A DNA stretch of 64,000 nucleotides from NCBI GenBank assembly GCA_964187785.1, contig OZ076420.1:30070001-30134000 (forward strand), read 5' to 3'. The stretch's first letter is position 1, and each line of letters opens with the position of its first letter. Source of the stretch: Amphiscolops sp. MND2022. Taxonomy: Eukaryota. Positions 48,326 to 61,539 of the stretch are shown one piece after another. Made by a program: the position numbers and the translations under genes. Under the pieces are notes generated by a model. That model made no database searches. It saw only the letters and a list, made by a program, of their open reading frames with translations, and was not told where the DNA came from.

Positions 48326-48979
48326 TCGGGTATAGACGAAATGACTTCAATGACTAATATTTTGTTTTTGTTATTTAAAAAACTGAAACGAGTGAAATTT
48401 TGAGCCGAAAACGAAGACGACTACGGAAAGATTTCCACGTTCTCTGACACGAAGTTTCAAGGCAAAAAGACGACCGTTTCTTCGACTGGAAACCTACAAA
48501 GTGCTAATATTGGTCCGTTTTGGTTTTGTGACGACAGCGGTCGCCCAGTCTGTTAATGCAGAACAGTATCTTCATATGCTTCGTCAAAAGGGGTTCCGAT
48601 CGTTCGTGAAAGAAGAGATGCACGAAGAATATGGTTTCAACAAGACGGCAGCAACGAAGTTCTCAAGGCTCTGAAAGAAGAATTTGATAAGAGGGTCATT
48701 TGCCGATATTCGTTGACCCGCTCAGTCACCAAGTTTAAAACATTAGGACTTCTGATTCTGGAGACATGCAACATAGAATGTATATAGAGGAAACCCTATT
48801 AACCGTTCTGAACTAAAGGAACGCGTAAACGCGTTCTCGCGAGCAGTCCCGCCATTCGAGGCGAAAAAAGAAAAATTTATAAAGACATCTGGAAAAATGC
48901 GTTCATGCTCTCGGACGTTTTTGACTGAAACATATTTTTATAGACTAATTTGAAAAATCCGCAGTTCATCTACACCCTG
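48326..48979 (+). mobile_element. Internally deleted IS630-Tc1-mariner DNA transposon relic
   Basis: Decayed IGPFWF, WFQQDG and VYRGNP...ELKERV motifs. Right end CACCCTG followed by TA; degenerate left inverted repeat TA-TCGGGTATAGACGAAATG. Confidence 0.6.
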
Positions 48980-50985
48980 TAGTTTCCATATGAGAAAGAA
49001 ATGTACGGACTCCTGAATGAATGGAAGCATCGTTTGGAGTTATTTTTACTCACGGTGTGCACCAAACTGTGACTGGTTTCCATTTTTCTCTAATTACGTA
49101 CGCTCAGTGATCACAATCCGCAATTTCTGATTACACTGTGCATCACAATCCATGATGAACACGGTGCACTGTTTGACTAGAATACGGTTCGCTCTCGTTT
49201 TACGGAAAATACAGTTTACACTTGATGATAAATTCCACTTTTGCGGCATATGTATCGTAATGGACTAAATATTACGTCAACCGGGGATCGTTTAAAATTC
49301 ATTGAAAGCATTACGGATGAGAATCAAAAACTCCGAAAGTTTTTCCATTGTTTTAGTGTCTAAAGTTGACTCAGAATTAGACAATTTGGTGCATTTTGCA
49401 TTTTGAAAATCTTAACAAGACGGAAACGTCTAAAGTCGGCGTTTTATCTAAGACTCAAAAAGCGCAGATTTGAAACATACGTAGGACGTTTTCATGAAAA
49501 AGTCCTGTTTTCGGACCTCCGCCTCCTCCTCAGGAAAACGCAATATAGTTCGCATATAAAGTCAAACATTCGGATATAGCGCATAATTCCGGATATTACG
49601 AGGGGGGGCTCAATAAAATCAAAGGTGGACCCTTTGAAGACAAAAAAATCTCGAAAAAAATCTCACAGCGCCGAAAAAAAATGAAAGGGGGGACCCGTTA
49701 GTCTCATCCGGTTTTGCATGTTACGTTTAAAAAGTAAAAACTGCAAGGGGGACCCTCTGCGATAACTTAGATGCGTTTCCAGGTATTCGTTTAGTTGAAC
49801 AAACTGAACAAAAAATTTCGTCCCTTCGAGTCTGTCTTGAACAAAAAAGAAAAAAAACGAGTGGTTTTAATAGTCGGGCTCTTTTATCAATAGTAGCGCC
49901 GACTAAAAAATACCCTGCCTTGGTTATATTGTTGGGTTAAAAGACCAGGTTTTGAATACGTCGCTTCAAAAACGTCATAAACAATTAGCTATTCGATAGA
50001 ATGAGCAAAGTGTCGAAACTAAGAATCTGCATTTTCCAGGATAAGTAACCAATTACGAAAGAAAAACGTATGGCTGGATCTCATCCTGAAAAAAAAACGT
50101 AATTGCGACATCAACAATTCATATAATTACTTGCCCAATTTTTGGTAGTTTAAAGTGACTAATTTTTTTGAGATCAATCGATGTTAAACCCAATTCAATT
50201 TTTTAAATAGTTTCGCTAAAATCATAAACGACTAGAAGAGCTCAGTAACAAGAATAGTTTCTATAGCATTTTGCGGCTTCAAAAATACTTAGTCAATATT
50301 TTTTGAAATTTTATAATTCCAGTAATCCAAACTAGATGCCATCATATTACAGTAAATTACAGTAATCCAAACTAGATGCAATCATATTGCAAAGAACAGC
50401 ATTTTCTTTATAGAAAAATGCCTTTCTTTGCAATATGATGGCATCTAGCTTGAATTACTGCAAATTAAAGATCGACTTTCAAATCCTGCATTCAACATTA
50501 ATTAACTAAAAGCAGTAACATTTAACTATTTAACTATATTTAACTATATTTAACTATTTGTTAATAATAAATTTTAATACAAGTATCGATTGTCTCAACT
50601 GAAAATCTTAACTACCTCGAGCTTTCCTTGTTTTTTACAACACATAGTTTTGTTAAACTCGAAAGATTTTTAAAGAAAATTATACACAATATATGAAAAA
50701 TACGTTCATGTACAACCAAACATTAAAGCACGTTCTCATCATATAATACAAATGATTGCATTCAAAAATTGTACATCTAAAAATTAGCGAAGAAACAGTT
50801 CATACAACAGTCAAATTTTTGCACGTGCTCCCAATTCACCTCCGGACGCTCCGAGCTAGCTTTACAAAGCTTCACTGGCATTTTCAAACACAAATTGTGG
50901 TTTGATAGTAAAATCCAACCATCTTTTACATTGAGCTATAATATAATTTTTATACCCTGAAAACGGTAAAACTGTTTGAATAACA

Positions 50986-53900
50986 ATGGATGAAGAAATT
51001 CCAGTTTCAGCCAAAGAATCGGATTTCCAAAATGCCAAAGCTTACATGTTATCGACATCGAACGCTTACGGCGTTAACGTTTACGACCATATGTGTAAAA
51101 TTCTGACGAAAATTCTGGCGGAAAAACCGGAAAATGCGGTTGATTTGTTTGAAGATATCAGCAAGTCATTGAAAAAGACGAGGTTCCAGCCTAAGTTTGA
51201 TACAGTCCAGGACAAGCCAGTGGTTCCAAAGGCCTTCCAGATTGCCGAAAGCCAGAAAAAATTGTTCAGAAAGGCCGAGGAAGATGAAATGACACCACCC
51301 GAGGGCGAGGAAGAATTTATGACACCCTTGACAAACTTGATGGAAAATGGGTTCTATTTCGAGGAAGCTGGAATTGGAACCAGTCGGGAAGAAATGTTCC
51401 GGGTGTACTTAGGTCTAAGACAACTAGTGGATACATATCCCTTACAAAAAGTTAGATTTTGGGGCAAAATTTTAGGCCTCAAAGCGGACTATTTTATCGC
51501 CGAAGTTGAGTTCAGAGAGGGCGAGGATCCGGAGGAGGAGACGATAATCGAGACTGGGGAGTTTGGCGGGAAAAAACCGGCGGTCAATGAAGCAGCCCAA
51601 GCAGACAATCTTGATGACGATCCACTTCCGAAACCAGACTTTAAGCCCCCCGTTGTTATCCCTCATGAGGAGAAGGTTTGTTGTACGATTCTACTTTCTG
51701 ATACCTTGTCTTTTAATGTAAAACCCCAAAAAGGGGGCAAATTAAAAAGCAGAACTGCCTTTTCGGCGTGTCGATTCCGCGGAATTGAGTAAAAATCAAT
51801 TTTCGTACTTTGCTCTTCTTCTTTCCGATCCCAGATTGTATATTGCAGAAATTGCAGAGAGTTTTGTCAAAGTAAGGTCACAAAAACAAACTAATGGTTT
51901 CAAAATCTAATATTGACAAAAGTTATCGCCAAATGTTAACTAGAGAAGCCTCTCGAAGAATCATAACATTGATTGTCGGCGGACGTGTCGACTTGGGCCG
52001 TTTCTGGCTTGTTTGTAATTCCCATGTTTGTAAACGTGGATTATATAAACAAGCCAGAAACGGCCCATATCGACACCCTGCTTAAGGCTCAAAAAGAGCA
52101 GTCTCGTAAACATGTTCAAGGACAACTATTGAGAAAGATGTCAAAAATAGCCAAACCAAAGGGGCACCTTGAAACTAGAAAAACGAAACTTGTTTTCTTC
52201 AACTGAAAACATCCAATAACACAATTTGATTTAAAAACGAGAAAAAGTCGCACTGTCAAAAAAATCCACGGGGGACACTTTGATCCGTCCAGATTTGCAA
52301 CTATGAGTGGTAAGTGGTGGGACTTCATGAAGAAATAGTTTATTATTTTCCGCCCACATAAATGGGGGAGGAAAATCATGATCTGTGATGGTTTTTTTAC
52401 AAATTCTGCCAAAACTCCATTTTATCTCCACTACATGGAGTGATTTTACTGGTTTACTAGCGATCATTACAACTGAGTTACTTCAATTATGGTGGCTCAG
52501 TCAGGTTGTAGGCCCTGGGTTCGAACCCGGGCTGGTGCTTGAATTTTTTTGTTTCCCAGTCAGTAGGTCGTGGGTTCAAACCTCTCCTTTGCCATACTTT
52601 TTATACTTTTTTTTGCAATAAGCGTGTCGCGGAAAATATCCCGTTGCTTAGCGGGTGTCTTGTTGATTTATAAAATCCGTCAGTTCGAGTGATCTTTAAC
52701 AAGCCAGGAACGACATAAGTTGGCGCCATATCTAAGTCTCAAAAATAGCAAAAGTACTTCAAAGTGTCAAGTATTTTTACAGTACCCGAAAAACCCAAAA
52801 GTTAGACCGAAGTGGCGCGCTGGGTCCGCTAGCGCGGGCCCCTGGCGCGCTAAACCGGGGACTTTTTGAAAAGGGGGAAGGATCCTTTGGGATTTCTCAA
52901 CATCCATTCTGTCGCAAAACATTTTAAAATTTGAAAAAAAAGTCTCACAATGTCAAAGAAACTGAAAGGGGGAACACCTTAGTCTCGCCCGGTATTGTAT
53001 GTTACGCGAAAAAAAGGGAAAACTTTTTTGGTTCAGTTCGCTAGGCCGAATGGTTCAATTTGACACCATAAAATTTCGTAGAACTTTGTAAAAGTCTGTT
53101 GGTCAGTTCGTGTGGATTGCAAAAGAGAGTCACTATAATAGTAGCGTTTCACTTCATGAAGGGTTGACTAAAAAATCAATACTATGATCTGTTTTCTATC
53201 AGAAAAGTATTGGTCACGAAGACCTTCAGCTTAAATTTTTGTTGAATCTCCCCAATCTGAATCTCCCCAACTAACATCATTATACCTATTTTTCTATTCA
53301 CAATGTCTAAATTCTATTTATTTCATCCTAAAACGCGACCCATTTCGTCTTTGTGTTTCGTCTTGGATCTTGTATGCACATTCTACTTTGCTACTTCAGG
53401 GCTATGGTGCTAACAAGTTCACCTATTTCGTGTGTACCGAGCTGGGTGAGGAGTGGAGACGACTGCCCAATGTCACCCCTGCCCAGATCAACTCAGCCAG
53501 AAGAATCAAGAAGTTGTTCACGGGCGACCTTGACAGTCCCGTACTGAGTTACCCCCCATTCCCAGGTGCGGTATCATAGCCCCGATTGAATAATCCACCA
53601 GTTTTCGAAATTAGAGTTGGACATATTCAAAGCTAATGATTGACTCTCTCGGAAACTTTGTCCTCAAAGTGTTGCCCTCAAAGATTGTTGGAGAAATTTT
53701 GTGGTAATAGCATGCCCAAAGTTTCGTCGACAGAAAAGTCGTCGTACTTTTTCGAAGTAAGAACGAGCGCCTACTTAATCTAAACTGATTGAAAACTTTC
53801 CAAAAAGTTTACTTGATCTAAATTGATTAATTTATTTCAAAAAGTTGATTCTGACACCATTAACGTCAGTAATGAGAATGAAAGATTAACTTCCTTCAAT

Positions 53901-56900
53901 TAGTACATGAGTGATCATGGTTAATATCACGAGCAGAGCTGTTCAGTGAAGATATAAATAAAGTTGTGAAGGAAATAGATAATATAGAGACTTCGAACTA
54001 GATTATTGATAGTTTTCATTCTGAAATAGATTTTTCTGAATGAATATTTCAATTTAGCACAAGTATTCGAGTATTGCTTCCGAAACCAGTGATGATATAA
54101 TTAATCTTTGGTTTTTGAATGAAAACTGGAACACATCAGATTGAACACCGGGGAGATTGAAATGTTTTTGGAAATATGTTGAACTTCTCTACTTCTCAAA
54201 CAAGTTCAATACAACTCAGCATCAACATCAATTTCTCACCGTAGAAAGCACTAAAGTATGAGATAGAAACGTCTCGTGGCCATATATGGTGATAAACAGG
54301 AATAGCAGAAATGTATTGGACTTTTTAGTCGTTTTTATGGCGCGTTTCACGGGGCAAAAATCAAATTTCACGCTGGAATTCACGGTAACTTTCAAAAAAC
54401 ACGGAATTTCAGGTACGAAAAATGACTTTTTTTCTAAATCGCCACAAGTTTCTTGCAATCCACCTTTACATTTTTAGGCCAAACGATTGGAACGATTTTT
54501 TTTGGCATTTGAGTATGACTGAAAACCAAAGGATTTCACTGGGTAAATATCTGGGTAAAAAGCATAAGAATAAAGTTGTCATTGAGTGAAATCTTTACTG
54601 AAAAATCACCAGAATTCTATTGCAATTAAGATGATTGTCGCTGGACTACAGCTGTATTCCTGAAGTGTCAAGGAGTTATCCGAATCATCCAGTTTCACAT
54701 GAAAATGGTACGATTTTACACACTGTGAACTTCTGCCATAGATAGATATTGATAGATGTTTTTCAGATACTGAGTTAGAAAAGTCAGTTGGTTTTGGATA
54801 ACAATTTTCGTATGCAGGTACCGAGAAGAGCTACCTGCGTGCCCAAATAGCGAGGATAACAGCGACCACCCACATCAGTCCCATCAACTACTACATGTTC
54901 GACGAAGAGGAGGAGGAGCCGGAGGAAGACGCGGCACGTGACCACTACATAGAGAACCCGGAGTTCGAGGGGGTCAGTGCCAGAGATCTGGTTGACCCCT
55001 CAAATGCCAACTGGTCACATCACGTACAGTACCTCTTGCCACAAGGAAGGTAAGAAAGACTCCATTATTGAAGATTTTAACGTAACTTTTGAGACAATTA
55101 GACATTAGATTACTTGTTTTGCAAAATTGGTATGAAGGATTTCAAAAATATGATGAAGCTGGGGTATTTTTAAAACGTTAAAGATTAATTTTTTTGGGGG
55201 GGGGTATGATTGAAGATAAGAAGGCACGCTGAACCGAAGATTCGATGTTGACGTCTTGCTTCAATGCACTTTTCTCATTTTTTGATTATTCAAAAGTTCC
55301 AAATGTTTCAAAGTTTTATTCAAAAATTCCTAATCAAGATTTTATTTAATCTTCCTGGTGGATTTTTTTGCAAGAGTATAGTGAATAGCAAACATCGTTC
55401 TCAAACGCGTAGGCCTGTGCCTTCTCCAAAGTTTTACATGCACTATTGATTACCCGGGTCGACCCTCCATGGATATCTTAGTAAGATCTTGGCAAGATCT
55501 TGCCAAGATCTTGGAAAAATCTTAGCTAAGATCGTGACAAGATATTGCCAAGAATTGCAAGATGCCATGGTAAGATCTTATCAAGAGAGCCATGTTCCCA
55601 AGAAAAATCTTACTAAGAAGCCCAATATGGCAAGAAAAATCTTACTAAGAAGCCGAACATGGCAAGAAAAAAAGTGCTACGAACTGCTCGATATCGAGAA
55701 AAAGTAGAATCAGAAAATCATTAAATTAAGAGTTATGTAAAAATAATCTAGACATCCCTCAAAACAAAACTACTGAATGATTTTTACAACCATTTCGATA
55801 TCGTAGATACATTATTGTTATTTTGTGGCCAAAACGCGTTGTCAAAAAATGTCCAGTAAATGAGAATTGATTATCATTTGTCGCTCATAGACTAATTTTG
55901 GGAGATTCCTTTCGAAGTTTTCTTTCAAAAGGTGAAAAATTTCTTTGCGGACATCCTCGGCGTTCCAATTTCATACTGACCCTGAAAAAAAACATCCTAC
56001 ATCGTTTTCCATTTCACAGGAATAAGATCTAAAGCCTATTTATAAATAAATAAAATGGACTATCAACCCTTCACAAATAGCCATTCAAGATTATAGAAAG
56101 AATGAAAATGCTGCTTCGCATAGCGACGTTACAACTTTCAATCTTAATTACACGCTGCATGAAAGCAGTGTCTGCGGAGGGATTATTAAAATTCAATGTC
56201 GGTTTTGAAATTTTGATTGTCTATTTAGAAAATTCAATCTTTCACCTGATTGATTCTTAAATTTTGATGGTCTTTCATTAAATTTTGAGCGTCATACACT
56301 GCAGTCAAACAACTAAATTAATTTAGCAACATTTTTTTAATTTTTCAATGGCAACGAATATGACCAAAGCTTAGCGGTCAGACCCGTCTACTTCTAGAGC
56401 TTTAAATACAGCGGCCCTTTTTGACAAAGGCTGATATGTAGAATGCTAAGCCAACCTGAAGTAGGAATGCTGGGTCATACAACCAATTCTGCCTTGAGAA
56501 TAATGAAGTTATGATATACGAAGCTAATTTCAATTTTCTTGAAATTTACCCTGATGCTATTTGGTACGTAATCGATGAAATCACCGTTATGCAAATTGCA
56601 CAGTGACTTTGACGCCAACTTGCAGTATATAAAATGACTGAAGTTGTTTTGTTTCAAATTGAATGTAGAAATACTACAGATCAGCTTCATGTAACAAACC
56701 GGGAACGGCCAAATCGACACCCGTACTATAGGCTCAAAAACAACAGTCTTTCAAATATGCTCGAGATCAATTTTTCAGTGAAACCTTTTTATTCTCACAA
56801 TGCCGAAAAACACCGAGGAGGACGTCACTTTTGACTTGAGGGGTCCCTAGGACGAATTAGAAAGTAGTTTTCAAGAAATGTCGCACTCTCCCGTGAAAAC

Positions 56901-58498
56901 CTCAAAAATTGGGGAAAATGCTATATTGCATTTCAGAGTCACCAATTACTCGTCATATTGTTTTTTTCCATAAAATTATGCAATTTTTTCCAAAAAAGCA
57001 CCGAAATTCTATTTAGATGTACGTGGTTCAACCCGGCCCAAAGAGGCGATGACGAACTGGAAGAAGAAGAAGACGAAGAGGATAGGGAAGAACCGGATGA
57101 GCCGGAGCCAGAATCTGGCCCGGCCCTTTTGACCCCGATCTCAGAGGACAACGAGATAGACGGGTCTTCACCTTGGAGTCTCAAACTGTCTTCTTCCAGA
57201 GTGGGCCAGTACTCAGTGGCAGTGGTTAAGAGTAATCTGTGGCCGGGAGCGTGCACCATTGGCTTTGATAAAAAGTTCGAGAACATCTATATTGGGAATG
57301 GAATGAAATATGCTGTAAGTACCACCCCCTCCCCCCCCCCGGATGGACGTTCGATTCACAAAGAAAACGGAACGAAGGGGTTTATTTCAACTCATTCCTC
57401 GCAGTTGACGCCGGAAAGACATATGTTATCTTAAAGGGGCGTCCAATAAAACACTACTTTCCGAGTCGACACCTTGTCGGATGTTTCACCATTCGGCTCT
57501 ATAGAACAACTTATGGTTAAAAAACAACTAATGGTACTCCCAAGTGGTCAAGCATAGCTCGCGTTGCAAAGTAACAAAGGAGTGACTTCTGTTACTTTTT
57601 ATGTTGTATTTTTCCGTTCATAAAATCGTTAAGTAAAAACAGATCGGAGTATTTTCGAGGGTGATCAAGCAAGATCGTCGAACGCAGAATTTTGAGGAAA
57701 TTTCTCAAGATTAAGAGTCTTCAAGATCCATTATCTGCAAAAATTTCACGAAAATTCACAAAATTAAAATGTATAAAAACATTTTTTATATACACGTAAA
57801 ATTTTGAAACCCTTCTGTCCGAAAATAGATTTTTTTGAAACGGTCTACTTCAAACAATTATAACTCAGTGTTTGTAACGCTTGTTTAATATTTTTGATCA
57901 CTTTTTCCCTTCCTCTCTTTTTTAAAGTGAAGAGACTAATGTAGAGGTTTTTTGTCGTGTTTTCTTTCAAATCCCTCAAAAGTGACCATAAAAACTTAAC
58001 AAAAAAGCAAATTGATTGAAAAGCTCCTATCTTTCCAATTTTAACATACTTATTCTGATTTTAAAAAAATTTGTGCTATTTTCGGCACTGTGGGACCATT
58101 TCCCGGAAAGTTTTCAACATTCTTAAACGAATATCCCTTTTGGTTTTTATTTATAAATTGTTAGAAAAAAAACCTTTTCAATCCCAATATGCCCCTTTAC
58201 GTTTTTACGGCACTTGAAATTGTGATTTTCTTAAAAATTTCTTGACACTTTGAAGTACTTTTGAGCGCGTTTTGATCCCTATGCGGCCGGTTTGTTGCAA
58301 ATACTTTTGCTGCAGGTCGAAAACTACAGTCCCCAACCCCCCGCCCCCGCCATGCCTGAGTACCCCACTGGGCCCGAGGTCACCGAGGCAGATGACCCCA
58401 CAGTGGAAGAAGAGGCTGCAGTCAAGGCACAGGAGGCAGAGGGCGGAGCTGAAGAGGGTGGCGAAGAAGAAGAGGAAGACCCTGAAGAGGAAGATTAA
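50986..58498 (+). CDS. RSPH4A: Radial spoke head protein 4/6 homologue (axonemal), 522 aa
   Basis: join(50986-51675, 53400-53565, 54818-55049, 57017-57314, 58316-58498), GT-AG and phase-compatible. Motifs [70 protein letters not shown] and acidic tail. RSPH4A versus RSPH6A cannot be resolved. Confidence 0.92.
51985..52076. repeat. Tail-to-tail pair of Helentron-like termini forming a 30 bp inverted repeat
   Basis: GTGTCGACTTGGGCCGTTTCTGGCTTGTTT and AAACAAGCCAGAAACGGCCCATATCGACAC, 28/30 match. Confidence 0.7.
52491..52595 (+). repeat. tRNA-derived SINE-like fragment(s)
   Basis: A-box-like GGTGGCTCAGTCAGG and two B-box-like motifs, GGTTCGAACCC and GGTTCAAACCT. No complete cloverleaf. Confidence 0.4.
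52698..53230. repeat. Helentron/HINE-like repeat copy in RSPH4 intron 1
   Basis: AACAAGCCAGGAACGACATAAGTTGGCGCCATATCTAAGTCTCAAAAA start, co-linear with the 306 copy. Confidence 0.6.
55470..55670. repeat. AAGATCTTGG ~10 bp tandem array (RSPH4 intron 3)
   Basis: ...TAAGATCTTGGCAAGATCTTGCCAAGATCTTGGAAAAATCTTAGCTAAGATC..., followed by two ~29 bp units. Confidence 0.7.
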
Positions 58499-58947
58499 TC
58501 AACTAATTATATTAATTAGTTGATTAATTAATTAACTGAACATCAGTCATTGACTTTTTTAATGATCGTTTGGTGACTAGTTAAATTTGTTGAATTGTAC
58601 CAGAATAAATTTTGTATTTTGACACCAAAAACATAAAGAAAACCAGGTATAGTTGGTGAATGTAGACAAGTAGGAAGAGCAGTGAATTTAGGTTAGAAAA
58701 AGTTAGGAACATTCCATGAACCAGTGAAATGCTTTTCCAAAATTTTCATCATGTCAGATCACATTCTGACTAGAATGTATGTAAAAATCTCTTCAAACAA
58801 TCATGTTTTTTGTGCAATCGTTCTAAAAACTATTTCATACGTGTGGGATTTTCGTGTTTCTATTCCTACACCTTTACTTCTACATAACAGTTTTGTCTTT
58901 TTTGAATGAAACCGAAAGCGGCAACGTGTAAACATTATGTAGGTTTC

Positions 58948-59050
58948 TGTAGTAGGGAGCACCAACGCTCAGTTTACAAACTCAGACTGTTTGAATAACT
59001 AGTCTGCCATTAGGTTATTTCATTAGTATCTGCCAACTAAGTGCAGAAGA
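58948..59050 (+). repeat. Short-LTR fragment of an unrelated Gypsy family
   Basis: TGTAGTAGGGAGCACCAAC...ATTAGTATCTGCCAACTAAGTG resembles the LTR at 63211. Confidence 0.5.
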
Positions 59051-59059
59051 AAAATTAGC

Positions 59060-61270
59060 TTATTTTTTGGTACTTGGTATTATAAATTCTTACTGAAAGG
59101 CCAAGTTGTCTACACAGCATTTGACTTGACGACGTTCTTCTATGTCGTTATTGATGTTTGGCCACTAGGAATTTTTTTGCCTCGGAAGCCATTCAGGTAG
59201 TCCCTGCGTAAACGAGGTATAGCGTGTCTAGCATTTTTTGAGGTTCGGTTGGTACTATGATTTTGTCATTCGTGAATGTTAGTCCCCATTTCATTGACAG
59301 GCTGTCAAATAGTTGTCTGTAACGTTCCGGTGCCAAGCTGCGGTTATTACGGTTTAATGCTAGCTTTACCCAGTTTAATTCGACGTCGGTTGCTGACTAC
59401 TTCGCAAAAATGCTTTTTAAATCCAGCATGAAATCATTTTCAGCCTTTTAGATTTCCACCTCGGTGATTTTCTTCCCTTCGGTTACGTCTCCGATCACTT
59501 GGTTACTTCGGACATAGTGGGCGACCTTGCCCTCGCTATTGTAGTGTTTTAGGTCTACAATTGGTAAATTATCTCCTCGGATCATCTGGCTTTCTCCTAC
59601 GCTCTCCGGGTGTTTCATGTCCAGTATCGCTTTCACTTTTTGGTTTTACTTTGTTTGGTTTCATTCCCTTTTCGTCTATTTCGTGTCCCAGCCACTTTGT
59701 TTAAAATTAGAAGAATTCAGGGTTGTTTCACATGCCCGGTATCCTGTTTTATAGTTGTTTTTTCATTACGTCAAACAATGTTTTTTTCGTATTCTTTGCT
59801 GTCTCCCTGTGTCACCATTGTGATGTCGTTTAGTAATGCGGTTGTGCAATATTCTATTGTTCGGTCAATTTCCTACTGGAATATTGTGGCGATGCCAACG
59901 ATCCATTAAATCTTTTTTTTTGAATTGAAAGTGTTAGCTGAAATTTGCTCCGGTTATGGACACATTGTCCGCTTGTTTCTTCTGATAGTTTCATTTGACC
60001 GTATGCGTTAAGAATGTTGATCTTTGATATCATGAGTTCTTTGCACGGTCCTTTGTTACTTTCACCAAGTTTGACATTCCTAATTAGTTCCCCATGTTCG
60101 GCATATGTGATCGGACATTCATGCAACTGTCATTCAATTTCCGTGAATCAAATGCAATGAGAAGCAGTGTTATATCCCTTCTCTCTCGGTACCTGCTATA
60201 TGCATCTTTTATTTGTTTTGTTTTCCGTAATCGATATCAAATGGTTTTCCCACCGGATTGTTTTCGTTGTTGGTTACATCTAGACTTCGACGTTTCACTT
60301 TTTGTTTTTCGGTTTGATTCATTATTTCGTTATCCGTCGACATTGTTGAAATTGGTAATCTGGAATCTAAAATAAACTCTTTCTCTGTCCCGTTTACCTT
60401 CACTGTCGTTGTCAAGAAAATGTTTTTTTTTTCAACTGCTGTTTTGAGATTCTTTCATTTCTATATATGCTCGATTCTGATTTGTCTGTTTTTTATCAAA
60501 TTGCTGCGTTCTCGTTTTGGGCTACATTCCGTACCTTGCGTTTCTAAGTTTCTCGCTGTCTGCATGCCCTTGCGTAAAGGCACTTCTTTCCACAGTTGTT
60601 GCATGTTTGATCTAGTGTGGCATATCTGTGTTGGGTTCCAATTCGGAGCGTTGCAGCATTTGCATGGTCTGTTGATGTTGCTGTTTTTGTTTTGGTCTCG
60701 TTGTAAGTCTTCTTTGATTTCTTTCCCCGGTTTGATGTTAGTGGTTCCGGTACTGTTTGATCCGGTATGTTTTTCGTTTGATCATTTTTTTCGGGTTTTT
60801 TCTTTTTTCAAAACTTGGTCTCAGAGCTGCTTGCTTGTGATCGCTGCCAATAAAATTGAAAACAGTTCTTCGGCTGTTGTAATTTCCACGTTCCATTCTT
60901 TCTCGATCTCTATCAGTCTTCGACAGGCGTCATCCAGTGTCTTAAATTGAGTCTGTTTCGTTTCAAAGAATTCTCCGGTGTTTGGATATGTATTTCGTCT
61001 CGGTAAAAAATCTTTGTTGAGTAGTCGGATCAAATATTTGATTGCCTTTTTTATCTGGTCTCGTTTTGTTTTCTGTCAGTGTCGTTTGATGTAACGCTTC
61101 GTGTACCAAGTTTCAGATGAATGCTATTTGTATTCGACCTTCCGTTTCGGGCCTGCAGTTTTTTGTCAATTGGCCCACCAAATAGTTCTGCTATGTCCCT
61201 TTTGTGATTTCATTTTGCGTACTGTACATCTTCTTTCCGTCAGTGGGGGCGTCAAAAATAGGGTCTCCAA
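59060..61270 (-). pseudogene. Decayed Gypsy gag-protease-RT-integrase relic (unrelated family; RNase H deleted)
   Basis: Gag RLLNKDFLPRRN, knuckle remnant, protease KEFILDS, RT AYGQMKL...KVKAIL, integrase zinc-domain remnant MKWGLTF...DKIIVP; PBS-like TGGAGACCC near 61262-61270. Confidence 0.7.
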
Positions 61271-61539
61271 CTTGTGTTGCTTCTTATGTCATCTTCTTAT
61301 TCTCAATAAAAAATTTTTTAAATGTAAACAAAACTGCTCAGAGGCCCAAGTTCTATTTTCACATTGTTAGTTGGAAAATAAGATCCAAAATGTTTTTTTG
61401 TCAGTGGAACAGTTACTATAGTATAAAACACTATTACATGGGTCCGTACAAATGTGTTCTAACATACACTTTGTATTTGAATGTATAATAATACAAATGG
61501 AATAATTTGCCGTTTATTGGTACTTGTTCCTTTCAGTTT

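Noticed and set aside
52491-52595. tRNA gene
   Set aside because: A and B boxes are present, but there is no anticodon arm or acceptor stem; treated as SINE-like debris.
60420-60950. 176 aa hydrophobic plus-strand ORF
   Set aside because: Antisense shadow of the Lys/Asn/Gln-rich decayed gag on the minus strand.
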